Assembly (NCBI GenBank): GCA_035556415.1
Contig: DATMEZ010000202.1
Coordinates: forward strand, 6,899-70,898
Source of the DNA: Povalibacter sp.
GTDB taxonomy: Bacteria; Pseudomonadota; Gammaproteobacteria; Steroidobacterales; Steroidobacteraceae
Direction: 5' to 3'
Length of the DNA: 64,000 bases
Of the stretch, positions 38,648 through 47,962 are shown piece after piece (position 1 is the stretch's first letter; each line of letters begins with the position of its first letter). The notes beneath the pieces are model-generated. The model saw nothing but the letters and a program-made list of their open reading frames with translations, was not told where the DNA came from and ran no database searches. The position numbers and the translations under genes were made by a program.

Positions 38648-39562
38648 ATGATTCGGACTTCCTCGATCGTCGTGGTCGTCGGCGTGTTGTTGTCGGGTTG
38701 CGCAGCGCGCGGCGTGGTCGTTGGCGAAACTTCGCTCTGGCCGTTCCAGAAGCTGGCAGTTCGCACTTCGACGGTGGGCGTCGTCACCGGCTACTTCTCG
38801 CGGCCACAGGTCGAGCCGCGACATCTGGTCGTGGTGCTGCAGACGCCGTTGTGTCAGCTGCCTGACGGCCCGGCTGCGCAGCAAGCCACTATCAGCACGG
38901 GTGGCGTGCTGTGGGAGCAGTTTGCGAAAGACTCGGCATTCCTGCAGTTCGAGCGACCCGTCATGCGGCGTGCGACATCTGCGGACTCCGTGGTCGAGCG
39001 CGCTGATTGCGAGCCACAGTTTCAAGCGAGCCTGTCTTCGCGAGATTGGCAGCGCACGGCAGGCGAGGTCATCGCCGCCGTTCGCAAGCGTGAGGGTCTT
39101 GCAGCGGTTCCGACAATCTATCTGGGTGTCGGCGCCGGTACCGCGCCTGCGATCGGTCTGGCGGACAAGGATCGACGAACGGCGACACTGGTTCTCATTG
39201 GCGGCGGTGCTTCGGTGGAACCCGCCATGCGAGCCCGGGCGCCGGTCGTGATCGTTCAGGGAGCGCTCGACGAAGCAGTCCCGGTGGCTGCCGCCAATGC
39301 GCTGTACTCGCATCTTGGCGAACGCAGTCATCCCGCTGCACTGCTGATGTTCCGCGAGCTTGGCGGTGATCTGGGATTGAACAGCGACCAGCCGGAATGC
39401 TTCGAGGTGGCGATGCAGGCACTGGCCGATCGGGCGCTGGCGTTCGCGGATGAGGCGTCGCGATCCAGCGGCGATCGACGGGACCTGGATTGTCCCGAGC
39501 TCGATCTGGCGCAGGATCCGAATGCTCCGCTGATCCAGGCGCTCCCACCCGACAACTCCTGA
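38648..39562 (+). CDS. Lipoprotein with degenerate alpha/beta-hydrolase fold
   Basis: Lipobox LLSGC; IYLGVGAGT elbow, LVLIGG, PVVIVQGALDEAVP. Confidence 0.65.
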   Translation: MIRTSSIVVVVGVLLSGCAARGVVVGETSLWPFQKLAVRTSTVGVVTGYFSRPQVEPRHLVVVLQTPLCQLPDGPAAQQATISTGGVLWEQFAKDSAFLQFERPVMRRATSADSVVERADCEPQFQASLSSRDWQRTAGEVIAAVRKREGLAAVPTIYLGVGAGTAPAIGLADKDRRTATLVLIGGGASVEPAMRARAPVVIVQGALDEAVPVAAANALYSHLGERSHPAALLMFRELGGDLGLNSDQPECFEVAMQALADRALAFADEASRSSGDRRDLDCPELDLAQDPNAPLIQALPPDNS

Positions 39563-39805
39563 GCCTCGTATCTCGCGTCAAGCGGCGGTGCGCTGATTTT
39601 CGCGTGGATGCTGCGCCGCAGTCGCGCAGCGGCAGGCTTTCGGTTATCTTGCCCGCCGGATCTGCGGCGCCTCCAGTCGGAAAGCACCTCAACAAGTCGG
39701 CCCCTCGGGCCAGTCCAGCGGGCGCACGGCGCCAGCAGCTCCAAGCCAGCATACGTTGCCAGCGATTACCGCTGCACTGCCACAACGCAGTCTCGAGGAC
39801 CTTGT

Positions 39806-41839
39806 TTGAGCGAAGTGACCGTCACCGCCGCCGAGAGGCGGCTGACATTGTGGGCGTTGGCCGTGGTGCTGCTGCTGGGCGCGCTGGATCAGACCATCGT
39901 CTCGACCGCGATGCCGCGCATCATCGAGCAACTGCACGGCTTGAGCATGTACGCGTGGGTCACGACCGCCTACATGCTCACATCGACGGTCGCCGTCCCC
40001 ATCTACGGCCGGCTGAGCGACATCTATGGCCGCAAGCCGGTGCTCGTCATCGGCGTGCTGGTGTTCCTTGCAGGGTCGGCTCTGTGCGGCCTGGCGGGCG
40101 AGTTCGGCGATCTGCCCGTGCTCGGCAGCGGCATGATGCAGCTGGTGGTGTTCCGCGCCATTCAGGGGCTGGGCGGCGGTGCGCTGATGACCAGCGTGTT
40201 CGCTACCATCGCAGACCTGTTTCCGCCGCGGGAACGCGGCAAGTTCTTCGGCCTGTTCGGCTCGGTGTTCGGCCTGGCCACCGTGATCGGCCCCTTCGTC
40301 GGCGGCTTCTTCACCGACCACGGCACGGTCACGCTGCTGGGCTACGAGGTGGCCGGCTGGCGCTGGGTGTTCTACGTCAATCTGCCGCTGGGCCTAGTGG
40401 CGCTGTTCATGATCGTCTACCGGATGCCCAAGCTGCCGCATTACGGCAGCGGCTCCATCGACTACCTGGGCGCGGCGCTGCTGGTGCTTTGTGTGACGCC
40501 GCTGCTGCTGGCGCTGTCGCTGGGCGGCACTTCCTATCCATGGGATTCGCCGCGCATCCTCGGGATGTTCGCGCTAGCAGTGGTGTCGTTCGTGGCCTTC
40601 CTGTGGTCCGAGCGCCGCACGACGTACGCGATCCTGCCGTTGCGCCTGTTCGGCATCAAGACCTTCCGGATCTCGGTGCTGGCCTCGTTCGTGGTGAACA
40701 TGGCCTTCCTCGGCGTGGTCATGTTCATGCCGCTGTACATGCAGGTGGTGCAGGGAATCAACGCCACGCAAAGCGGCGTCGGGCTGCTGTGGATGACGGC
40801 CGGGGTGATCGTCAGCAGCACGCTGTGCGGCAGATTGGTCACACGCACCGGACGTTACAAAATCTTCATGGTCGGCGGCGGCATCCTGCTGGTGATCGGC
40901 GTGCTGGCGCTGACCGGCATCGGGCCGCACACTTCGAGCGGCGACCTGGCGTGGCGCCTGGCCATCACCGGCATCGGCCTGGGGCCGGCACAGAATCTGT
41001 TCAGCCTGGTGATCCAGAACTCGGTGCCGGTGTCGGAGCTGGGCACCGCCACCAGCATGAGCCAGTTCAGCCGCCAGATCGGCGCCACGGTCGGCGTGGC
41101 GATCTTCGGCACCTTCCTGACCCACAGCCTGACGGCGGAGCTGCCCAAGCACCTGCCGCTGCTGCCGGGGGCGGCCGAACACCGTATCGATCTCGGCTAC
41201 GTACAGAGCCAGGCGATGGACGCCGGCCGCATCCAGGCGGACGTGCAGCAAGTGCTCGATGCGCGCTACAAGGTGATCGAGCGCGCTTATCACGATGACT
41301 CATCGGCCGTTGCCGAAATCCTCGCCGATCCGCGGATCCCGGAAGAGATGAAGGCAGCGTTGCGCGACGGTGGTGTGCAAGCACGCGTGCATCGTGAGTT
41401 GACGCAGCAGGCGAACGAAGTCGAGGCCGGGCTGCGCAAAGGTGAGGATGGGCGCGAACGGCTGCTGCAGGATCCGGCGCTACCCGAACCTCTCAAGGAA
41501 CAGATCGCCAACGTTCCCCAGCGGGCGCTACACGATGCGGAACTGACCGACGGCGTTGCGCGACTGTTTCGGGATTCGATCCTGGCACAGGAGAGTTCGC
41601 TGGTGACCACCGCGACTCAGCAGTCGTTGCAGTCGGTTCGTACCGCCATGACCGAGTATGCCGCGCAACTCGTGAGCGAGACTCGCAGCGGCATGAAAGT
41701 CGCGTTCGCTGCTTCCATCGCGCAGATGCTGAGCCGCGCGCTGTGGATCGTCGCGCTCGGCGTGCTCATCATCATGTTCATTCCGGAGCTGCCGCTGCGC
41801 TCGCATCAGCCGGCGGGGAAGGCGGCGACGGAGTCGTAA
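39806..41839 (+). CDS. DHA2 (EmrB/QacA-type, 14-TM) MFS efflux transporter with large periplasmic insertion
   Basis: ALDQTIVSTAMP, GRLSDIYGRK, RAIQGLGGG, WRWVFYVNLP; TTG start after GAGG. Confidence 0.9.
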   Translation: MSEVTVTAAERRLTLWALAVVLLLGALDQTIVSTAMPRIIEQLHGLSMYAWVTTAYMLTSTVAVPIYGRLSDIYGRKPVLVIGVLVFLAGSALCGLAGEFGDLPVLGSGMMQLVVFRAIQGLGGGALMTSVFATIADLFPPRERGKFFGLFGSVFGLATVIGPFVGGFFTDHGTVTLLGYEVAGWRWVFYVNLPLGLVALFMIVYRMPKLPHYGSGSIDYLGAALLVLCVTPLLLALSLGGTSYPWDSPRILGMFALAVVSFVAFLWSERRTTYAILPLRLFGIKTFRISVLASFVVNMAFLGVVMFMPLYMQVVQGINATQSGVGLLWMTAGVIVSSTLCGRLVTRTGRYKIFMVGGGILLVIGVLALTGIGPHTSSGDLAWRLAITGIGLGPAQNLFSLVIQNSVPVSELGTATSMSQFSRQIGATVGVAIFGTFLTHSLTAELPKHLPLLPGAAEHRIDLGYVQSQAMDAGRIQADVQQVLDARYKVIERAYHDDSSAVAEILADPRIPEEMKAALRDGGVQARVHRELTQQANEVEAGLRKGEDGRERLLQDPALPEPLKEQIANVPQRALHDAELTDGVARLFRDSILAQESSLVTTATQQSLQSVRTAMTEYAAQLVSETRSGMKVAFAASIAQMLSRALWIVALGVLIIMFIPELPLRSHQPAGKAATES

Positions 41840-42209
41840 GCTCCGACGCTTTGGCAGATATCTTCAGCACCAGAGCCCGCAGATCTGCAAATCTGCGGCC
41901 CTGCACTAGTCAGTCCATAGCGATCGCTGTCGCTCGCATCCGCGATCCAGATGTCGTAACACGGCTGCTGGGCCTGCAGCCGTGCGGCCCTGACACGATT
42001 CGCTCACATTTCCCTCACACAGATCGGCAGAGTTGTCCGAGTACTTGCACGTACTTCAATCATCGCCAATTCTGGCTTTGATCCGATCGCAAGCCTGAAG
42101 TAATCCAGATCAGTACGAACAGCGGACACATCGGGCTACGGAGTGACACGTGCGTTAGGAGAATTTGAGCTGTGGCTGATCGAGGGTCGGTGCTTGACAA
42201 GCTACCAGT

Positions 42210-42629
42210 ATGCAAAGAGTAGCGAATGAAGTGAGATCTAGAATGTATGGAATTATCTACGACTCGATGCTGCTCTGGTACAAGAAGTGGTATCCACGTG
42301 AGCATCAGCGCTACTTGATGACTTCATTTGCGATGGCAATGTTTCTATCGTTCAATTTGCTCACGCTAGCTGCGCTACTGAAATTTCTTGGAGTTTCAGT
42401 TCTTGAGGAATTGCTATTTTCGGCGCGAGCCGTTCCCGTTGGTGTATTCGTTATTCTGCTATTGCTCAATTTGGTTTTCGGGAAGCAGCGAGCCACCAAA
42501 GATCCGGAGACCTCTTTTAGTGCCGTAGATCTTAATCGAAGAAGAAATCGTGCATGGATCTATATGATCTGCTCATTCTTGGGGTTCGTTATCGCAATGA
42601 TGTGGCGCTTTTCGTTTCACAATGCATGA
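42210..42629 (+). CDS. Low-GC orphan membrane protein (about 3 TM)
   Basis: Intact ORF with three hydrophobic segments; AT-rich (40-45% GC in two hand-counted 60-mers). Start may be 42244. Confidence 0.6.
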   Translation: MQRVANEVRSRMYGIIYDSMLLWYKKWYPREHQRYLMTSFAMAMFLSFNLLTLAALLKFLGVSVLEELLFSARAVPVGVFVILLLLNLVFGKQRATKDPETSFSAVDLNRRRNRAWIYMICSFLGFVIAMMWRFSFHNA

Positions 42630-42733
42630 TGCTCGAGTGACGACCTGATCGCCCGTCACATCGCCTGCAGAAGGAGGGGTGTGTTGCGCCGGCTTATGCT
42701 CGATGTCATCGCATCGCGAGGCAGGCTCCTCGA

Positions 42734-43939
42734 TTAGCTGTACAGCAAGAACCCCGCGCGTTCCTCGATCCACGCTTCCTCATCCGGCTTCGTCATCGCA
42801 TCCAGATCCGCCGGCGTCGCTTCGCTGTCGTCGACCCATTGCCGCAGCAGCTCGCTGCCGTTGATGACGTCGATGGCCAGCCGGTCCTTCTCGTACTCGT
42901 AGGGGAAATCGCGCCACAGCTCGTAGTCGGGCCGTAGCCGTCGCAGTGCCTTGAAGGCGAGCGTTTGCAATCGCCACGGACGGAATGCGTCGTGACTATA
43001 GGAATTGTCCTCGACGTGAATCTGCACGCCGCCGCAGAGCTTGCCGACGTGCTTGTGGAAAGTCGGTTCGAACCAGCAGGGGCGCAACCGGCAGCCTTGC
43101 AGCCAGTGCGGGGCGAGTGAATTCATTTCTTTCAGCAGCGTGTGCGCGTCGAGGTCCGGCGCGCCGAACAGTTCCAGCGGGCGAGTGGTGCCGCGGCCTT
43201 CGGACAGCGTCGTGCCTTCGAGCATCACCGTTCCGGCGTAGCAGCGCGCCATCCACAGATTCGGTGCGTTCGGGCTCGGGTTGATCCAGGTGCGCTCGCC
43301 GAGCGGCCAGCCGTAGCCAGGGCCGGTGGTGGAATGCCATTCGCGCAGGGTGATGACCTTGTAATCGACCTGCAGCTGCAGCGTGGCGACGAACCATTGC
43401 GCCAGCTCGCCCAGGGTCAATCCGTGACGCATCGGCATGGCGCCGGCGCCGACGAAACTCTCCCAGCCCGGGCGCAGGCTCAATCCTTCGATCGGCCGGC
43501 CGGCGGGGTTCGGGCGATCCAGGATCCATACCGATTTACCGTGTGCCGCGGCGGCTTCCAGTACGTAACGCAGCGTGGTGATGAAGGTGTAGATGCGACA
43601 GCCCAGGTCCTGCAGGTCGACCAGCAGCACGTCGAACGTATCCATCATGGCCGCCGTGGGCCGGCGCACTTCGCCGTACAGGCTGAAGATCGGGATGCCG
43701 TGCACTGGATCGTTGAAGGTCGGCGACTCGACCATGTTGTCCTGCTTGTCGCCGCGCAAGCCGTGCTGCGGGCCGAAGGCGGCGGTGAGGTTCAGGTCCT
43801 TGATCGCGGCCAGCGCGTCGAGCGAATGCGTCAGGTCCTTGGTGACGGACGCGGGATGCGCCAGCAATGCGATGCGGCGGCCCTTCAAAGGCTCGCGCAG
43901 TTGCGGTTCGGCGAGCAGTCGGTCGATGCCAAAGAGCAT
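42734..43939 (-). CDS. Exo-beta-N-acetylmuramidase NamZ / DUF1343 (YbbC) family
   Basis: FGPQHGLRG, SLYG, DLQDLGCRIYTFITT, LDRPNP, MRHGLTLGE, PSPN, SEGRGTTRP. Confidence 0.9.
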   Translation of the reverse strand: MLFGIDRLLAEPQLREPLKGRRIALLAHPASVTKDLTHSLDALAAIKDLNLTAAFGPQHGLRGDKQDNMVESPTFNDPVHGIPIFSLYGEVRRPTAAMMDTFDVLLVDLQDLGCRIYTFITTLRYVLEAAAAHGKSVWILDRPNPAGRPIEGLSLRPGWESFVGAGAMPMRHGLTLGELAQWFVATLQLQVDYKVITLREWHSTTGPGYGWPLGERTWINPSPNAPNLWMARCYAGTVMLEGTTLSEGRGTTRPLELFGAPDLDAHTLLKEMNSLAPHWLQGCRLRPCWFEPTFHKHVGKLCGGVQIHVEDNSYSHDAFRPWRLQTLAFKALRRLRPDYELWRDFPYEYEKDRLAIDVINGSELLRQWVDDSEATPADLDAMTKPDEEAWIEERAGFLLYS

Positions 43940-44003
43940 GAGGATCTCCGCGGGAAACGGCCCGAAGACTACAGGCGAGGCGTATCCAGCGGCAATGCGC
44001 CCG

Positions 44004-44534
44004 TCAGGCGAGCGTGGCGGCGAAGCCGGCGGCGTCGTGGAAATCCGGCTTGGCGGCCGGGTGCAGCAGCGCCCAGTAAGAGGCCGCGCCTTGCTGGTCC
44101 TTGAGCACTGCGCTCAGCGCCAGCAGCAGATCCTGCGGTGCGGCATCCGAGGCGCCGATTCCGGCTTCGACGATGAGCTGCCGTGCGTGCCGATGACAGG
44201 CGATGGCGGGCGGGCCGGCGAGTTCGAGCTCGACCATGCCGCTGCGATAGTGATCGAAGCGATAGGCGGCCCATTCGCCCGAAGGCGAGAAGTTGAATTC
44301 ATCGTAGGCGGACAAGCCGGGCGCGCGCAGGAAGGCTTCGAAGCAAGTGTCGCGCCATAGCCCGTCGGTGCGTGCCGGCGGTTTCTGCTGGGGCAACTGG
44401 AGCTGGGCGATGTCGCCTTCGACGTGGTACGTGAGATGCATCGCACCGGCGGGCAGGCGTTGCACGTCCACCGTGAAGCGGCGCACCCATGAGCAAGGGG
44501 TCGAAGGATGCGGAACGAGTGCAAAGGCGGGCAT
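44004..44534 (-). CDS. DOMON-like domain protein
   Basis: RTDGLWRDTCFEAF, YDEFNFSPSGEWAAYRF.YR, YWAL.H...PDFH. Confidence 0.8.
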   Translation of the reverse strand: MPAFALVPHPSTPCSWVRRFTVDVQRLPAGAMHLTYHVEGDIAQLQLPQQKPPARTDGLWRDTCFEAFLRAPGLSAYDEFNFSPSGEWAAYRFDHYRSGMVELELAGPPAIACHRHARQLIVEAGIGASDAAPQDLLLALSAVLKDQQGAASYWALLHPAAKPDFHDAAGFAATLA

Positions 44535-44611
44535 GTCGTCATTCTATAAGGACAGGGCGGTTGCGCGCCTCGCACTTGACGCCTGCCGGCAGCGGGCTAA
44601 TTCTGCCCTTC

Positions 44612-45793
44612 ATGAAATCGCCTACTCGAGTCAATCATCCGCCGGCGGTCAAGCTGGCGCAGGACAACCGGCCGCTGGTCGCGCCGATCTATCAGTCGGT
44701 GAAGTTCACGTTCGATGACGTCGAGCAGGCGCAACGCCAGTCACGCGGCGAACGCGACGGATTCCAGTATTCCCGGGTTTCCAACCCGACGCTGCGGCAG
44801 CTGGAGCTGACGCTGGCCGAGTTGCAGGGCAGGGAGGCTTGCCTGCTGATGGGGTCGGGCATCGCCGCGCTCAGCGTGCCGCTGCTGTCGCTGTGTCGGC
44901 AGGGCGATCACGTGATCCTGTTTGCAGAGATGTATCAGCCGACGCGGTATCTGGTGCGGCGCCTGCTGTCTCGCTACGGCGTGCGCCACACGATGCTGTC
45001 CATCGAAGACACCGAAAGTATAGAGAAGACCCTGGCGGCCACACCGACGCGGCTGGTGGTCTTCGAGACGCCGACCAACCCGGTGCTGAAGGTCGCCGAC
45101 ATCACGCGGATTACCAAGGCGGCGCGCGCTCATGGCGCCTTGACCCTGCTGGACAACACGTTCGCCGGTTTCCACAACCACGGTCAGTTCGACATCGATC
45201 TCTTCGCTCATAGTCTGACCAAGTACGCCTCGGGACATGGCGACGTCATGGGCGGCGCGATCATCGCCAGCCAGGAGCTGGTGAACGCGATGAAAGCGGA
45301 TCACATCATGATCGGCGCGACACTCGATCCGCACGCCGCCTTCCTGATCCAGCGTGGCTTGAAGACTTACCCGCTGCGCTACCAGCGCCAATGCGAGAAC
45401 GCAGTGCAGGTTGCCCAATTTCTGGAGTCGCATGCCGGCGTTGCGGCAGTGAGTCACCCGGGGCTGGTCTCGCATCCGCAACATGAACTGACGCGTTCGC
45501 AGATGCACGATTTCGGCACGGTGGTCAGCATTCGACTGCGCGGTGACGCAAGTCATGCACGGCGTTTTTCAGAGGCGCTGAAGCTGTTTGCCATCTCCGC
45601 CAGCCTGGGTTCGACCGAGTCCCTGGTGCAGCCGGGCGAGCTGATGCGTCCGCGCGATCTCAACGAGCAGGAGCGCGGCTGGGCGGGCGTGACCGACTCG
45701 ACCGTGCGTTTGTCGATCGGTATTGAAGACGCGTCGGATCTGATCGCGGATCTGGAGCAGGCGTTGCGGCAGGCCGCGACGAAGGGCGCGTAG
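44612..45793 (+). CDS. Cys/Met metabolism PLP-dependent enzyme (trans-sulfuration family)
   Basis: PIYQS, YSRVSNPT, ETPTNP, DNTFA, SLTKYASGHGD, SLG..ES, RLSIGIE. Confidence 0.9.
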   Translation: MKSPTRVNHPPAVKLAQDNRPLVAPIYQSVKFTFDDVEQAQRQSRGERDGFQYSRVSNPTLRQLELTLAELQGREACLLMGSGIAALSVPLLSLCRQGDHVILFAEMYQPTRYLVRRLLSRYGVRHTMLSIEDTESIEKTLAATPTRLVVFETPTNPVLKVADITRITKAARAHGALTLLDNTFAGFHNHGQFDIDLFAHSLTKYASGHGDVMGGAIIASQELVNAMKADHIMIGATLDPHAAFLIQRGLKTYPLRYQRQCENAVQVAQFLESHAGVAAVSHPGLVSHPQHELTRSQMHDFGTVVSIRLRGDASHARRFSEALKLFAISASLGSTESLVQPGELMRPRDLNEQERGWAGVTDSTVRLSIGIEDASDLIADLEQALRQAATKGA

Positions 45794-45802
45794 ATCAGGC
45801 CT

Positions 45803-46003
45803 CTATTTGCGCAGCAGCCACAGGACGAGCGACACCACCAGGCTCACGATGATCATGGTGGTGATGGGCATGAAGAACCTGAAGCCGGGGCGGTCGACCA
45901 CGATGTCGCCCGGCAGCCGGCCGAGCGGCAGCTTCGACAACCACGGCCAGGCGACGCCGATCAGAACGGTGACGGCACCGAGAACGATGAGTGCGCGTTG
46001 CAT
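45803..46003 (-). CDS. DUF2905 small membrane protein
   Basis: LGRLPGDI..FFMPITT motif. Confidence 0.85.
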   Translation of the reverse strand: MQRALIVLGAVTVLIGVAWPWLSKLPLGRLPGDIVVDRPGFRFFMPITTMIIVSLVVSLVLWLLRK

Positions 46004-46026
46004 TGGATTGTGTGGTGCGTCTTCCC

Positions 46027-47787
46027 TCAAGCGCTGCCGAACACCCGCACCCGGTGTCGGTGATAGGGCAGCACTTCCAGCACGTCGCCTTCCCGTATTC
46101 GCTGCTGGATGCCGCGCCACCAGCTCGCCGTGAGGATCTCGCCGTGCACCTGCAGGAACACGTCCTTCAGGTGTTCGTCGAAGCCCAGGAACTGCATGAA
46201 CGTCTCCGGGAATACGTCATTCTCGTTGACGTGGAACCACGCCTCGGCGCGCATTTCATCCTCGTCGTTGCGCGCCTGCGGTACGTCGCGGAAGCGGCAG
46301 TCCGTAACGGCGCACAGCTCGTCGTAGTCGTAGAAGATCACGCGGCCATGACGGGTCACGCCGAAGTTCTTCAGCAGCAGATCGCCGGCAAAAATATTGG
46401 TCACCGCCAGATCGCGGATGCACTGACCGTAGTCCAGCACGGCCTCCTCGGCTTCCTCGCGCGAAGCGCTGCGGATGTGCAGGTTCAGCGGCGTCATGCG
46501 CCGTTCGATGTACACGTGATCGACGACGATCTCGTCGTCGCCGACATGGGCGGTGTTCGCGGCCTCGTTCTGCAGCTCCTCGATGAGTTCTTCCGAGAAG
46601 CGCGCGCGCGGGAATTTCAGCCGCTTGAACTCCTGCGCATCGACCAGTCGGCCGGCGCGGTCGTGCTTGAAGACCAGCTCGTATTTCTTCAGCACCTCTT
46701 CGCGCAGGACGTTCTTGGGGTAGGCGAAGCGATCGCGAATGATCTTGAACACCACGTCGAAGGACGGCAGGGTGAAGCAGATCATCACCAGCCCGCGGTC
46801 GCCGGGCGCGTGCACGAACCTGTCGGAGCTTTGCTGCAAGTGCCGGAACAGTTCGCGGTAGCGTTCGGTCTTGCCCTGCTTGGCGCGGCCCAGCACGGTG
46901 TACAGCTCGCTCACCGGTTTGCGCGGCAGGATGTTTTTCAGGAACACCACCGCCTGTCCGACGTGCGGCAGGTCGGCATGGAAGTAGGAGCGCGTGAAGC
47001 TGAACAGGATGCTGGCGCTGGCCTCGTCGATCATCACCGCATCGACCAGCACGCCGCTTTCGGTGTTCTTGAACGCCAGCACGAAGGGGAGTTTCCAGCC
47101 CTTGCCGCTGATGCGTCCGACCAGGTAGGCGCGCGTCATTTGGTAGAACAGCACGCGGATGAACTCGATCTTCTCGACTTCCAGCGGCGGTCTGGAGGCG
47201 TCCGCATCCGCTTCCAGGTGCGTGCGCACTTCGTTGGTGATGATGCGCACACTGCGGTCGAAATCCAGGTACGGCGTGCGGAAGCGGAAATCCGTCAGCA
47301 CTTCCTCGAACAGCAGTTCCAGCGAGCCGCGATTGTAGTAGACGTTGGTCTCGATCTGCGAGCGGATCTCGCCGATCGGGTCCAGGTCCAGCGCCACGAA
47401 TTCCACCGCCGCGTCCACGCCCACAGTGCCGAAAGTCTTGCGGGTGACCGAGTTGAAGAAGGTCTTGTCGAACTCGCGGTCGGGGAACGCCTCGATCAGC
47501 TCGGTGAAGCGGCGCTTGATGCTGCTCCACAGGGCTCTTTCGGTGACGTCATCGCCCAGGTGCTGGCGCATCCGCGCGATGGTTTTGTCGATGTATCGGT
47601 CGTAGAGCTCGATGCGCTCGACCGCATCGCGCTGGCTGCCGCGCCAGTCGCGCTCCTCGAATCTGCGCGGTGCGCGACGAGTGACGCTACGGAATTCCGC
47701 GTTGTAGTTGGCGAACGCCTCGACCAGCGTGGCGGCGCATTCTTCTACCAGGTCGTCGCGGGAGAGTGCGGATTTGGCGGCGGACAT
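46027..47787 (-). CDS. aceK: Isocitrate dehydrogenase kinase/phosphatase
   Basis: TFFNSV, FSFTRSYF, KQGKTE, APG..GLVM.FT, VFKIIRD, HDRAGRLVD, ERRMTPL, NFGVTRHGRV.FYDYDE. Confidence 0.95.
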   Translation of the reverse strand: MSAAKSALSRDDLVEECAATLVEAFANYNAEFRSVTRRAPRRFEERDWRGSQRDAVERIELYDRYIDKTIARMRQHLGDDVTERALWSSIKRRFTELIEAFPDREFDKTFFNSVTRKTFGTVGVDAAVEFVALDLDPIGEIRSQIETNVYYNRGSLELLFEEVLTDFRFRTPYLDFDRSVRIITNEVRTHLEADADASRPPLEVEKIEFIRVLFYQMTRAYLVGRISGKGWKLPFVLAFKNTESGVLVDAVMIDEASASILFSFTRSYFHADLPHVGQAVVFLKNILPRKPVSELYTVLGRAKQGKTERYRELFRHLQQSSDRFVHAPGDRGLVMICFTLPSFDVVFKIIRDRFAYPKNVLREEVLKKYELVFKHDRAGRLVDAQEFKRLKFPRARFSEELIEELQNEAANTAHVGDDEIVVDHVYIERRMTPLNLHIRSASREEAEEAVLDYGQCIRDLAVTNIFAGDLLLKNFGVTRHGRVIFYDYDELCAVTDCRFRDVPQARNDEDEMRAEAWFHVNENDVFPETFMQFLGFDEHLKDVFLQVHGEILTASWWRGIQQRIREGDVLEVLPYHRHRVRVFGSA

Positions 47788-47897
47788 GCAGGCGCCGCTC
47801 AGGCCTTGAGGCCGGTGTCGGTGCGCGGATTGGAAGGCAATGCGGCAATCATGGGCATTTGGGTCACCTCGCACGCAAGGATAGCCAATCCGCAAAC

Positions 47898-47943
47898 GAT
47901 TCGGGGCGCTTGCGCGCCCCGAATCTTGGGGTCCCGAAGGACC
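47898..47943 (-). terminator. Two tandem stable hairpins between icd and aceK
   Basis: On the minus strand: GGTCC-TTCG-GGACC, then GATTCGGGGCGC-GCAA-GCGCCCCGAATC. Confidence 0.55.
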
Positions 47944-47962
47944 GTGGACCGCGACGATCCGC

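Noticed and set aside
39490-41298. 602-aa Arg/Gly-rich alternate-frame ORF over the MFS gene, and likewise 3690-5024 and 12491-13951
   Set aside because: Same-strand alternate-frame artefacts of GC-rich coding sequence.
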